Source of the DNA: Epiperipatus broadwayi
Taxonomy: Eukaryota > Animalia > Onychophora
Assembly: GCA_028023455.1 (NCBI GenBank)
Contig: JAQFVV010000003.1
Span: 26,722,001-26,786,000, forward strand
Length of the DNA: 64,000 bases
Reading direction: 5' to 3'
Shown here: positions 63,382 through 64,000 of the stretch, piece by piece
Layout of the letters: each line of letters starts with the position of its first letter
How positions within the stretch are numbered: the stretch's first letter is position 1
Translations under genes and position numbers: made by a program
Notes under the pieces: generated by a model
What the model saw: the letters and a program-made list of their open reading frames with translations, nothing else
What the model was told of the DNA's origin: nothing
The model's database searches: none

Positions 63382-64000
63382 ATGGAATGTGACAATGATA
63401 TAGATAATATACATAGCAATTCAAGCTTAAAATGTCACACTCAGTCATTCAACAGAAACGATGGCCGAAGTCTTCATAGCTATAATAACAAATCTCAGGC
63501 TCCATCTGAGATCAAAAACCTTCCCATTAGCAATACTAAGCACCAAATAATTACTGACAACATTAAAATGCAAGAAATTATACAAACTTCGTCAGTTATA
63601 TGCAATAGCGTTGGTTTCCCATCGGGCGAAATATCAGCATACAAAAACAGTAGCAACACTCACCGTATTTCCCAAACTCCTTTAGGAGAAGTAAATAAAC
63701 ACAATTCATCCACAACCGCGAAACACTCTCAGAATAATTTGGAACAAAAAATCAAATATCAGCAAAATCTATCTGAAGAAAGGGAAAAAATTTTTTTTAA
63801 ATCACCAGAGGTCACCAAATTCGCTGCTGTAACACCAGAGACTGTCAACAGTATTTCGGGAGAAAAAAACGAAATAACAGATAAAAAAAAAAATCAACAA
63901 AACCCATTCACAAACAAATGAAAATTTCAAACTAGATGAACCTTTAATATCTACATCATTCGAACATTTCAAAACAGACTCACAAATACAAACCCTTCCA
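63382..64000 (+). CDS. 5' part of a long low-complexity (S/T/N/K-rich) ORF, frameshifted at an A11 run; LINE ORF1 or host gene
   Basis: ATG at 63382, 179 codons. Removing one A from 63883-63893 keeps the frame open to the window end. A CpG-richer region lies upstream (63240-63360). Confidence 0.5.

Overview
Very AT-rich eukaryotic DNA (roughly three-quarters A+T by eye), probably from an invertebrate animal and probably intronic or intergenic. No intact, recognisable host gene, rRNA, functional tRNA or CRISPR array is present. The window is dominated by decayed transposable elements: CR1/L2-like, L1/Tx1-like, RTE and Penelope-like (GIY-YIG) retroelements; Buster/Charlie, Tip100/ZMYM1-like and probable hATm-like hAT transposons; pogo/Tigger-like and Merlin-like MITEs; a 1.7-kb higher-order satellite; and an unusually dense set of fold-back hairpins. 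The most interesting signal is a group of short repeats carrying minimal type-I hammerhead-ribozyme folds (best copy 44832-44890; others at 46575-46632 on the minus strand and 36366-36433 behind a tRNA-derived Pol III head). A perfect, spacer-less 232-bp palindrome (35749-35980) is made of the same repeat as the 44832 copy and has its symmetry axis exactly on that ribozyme's self-complementary stem-III loop. All assignments come from manual reading and motif recognition; no searches were run.
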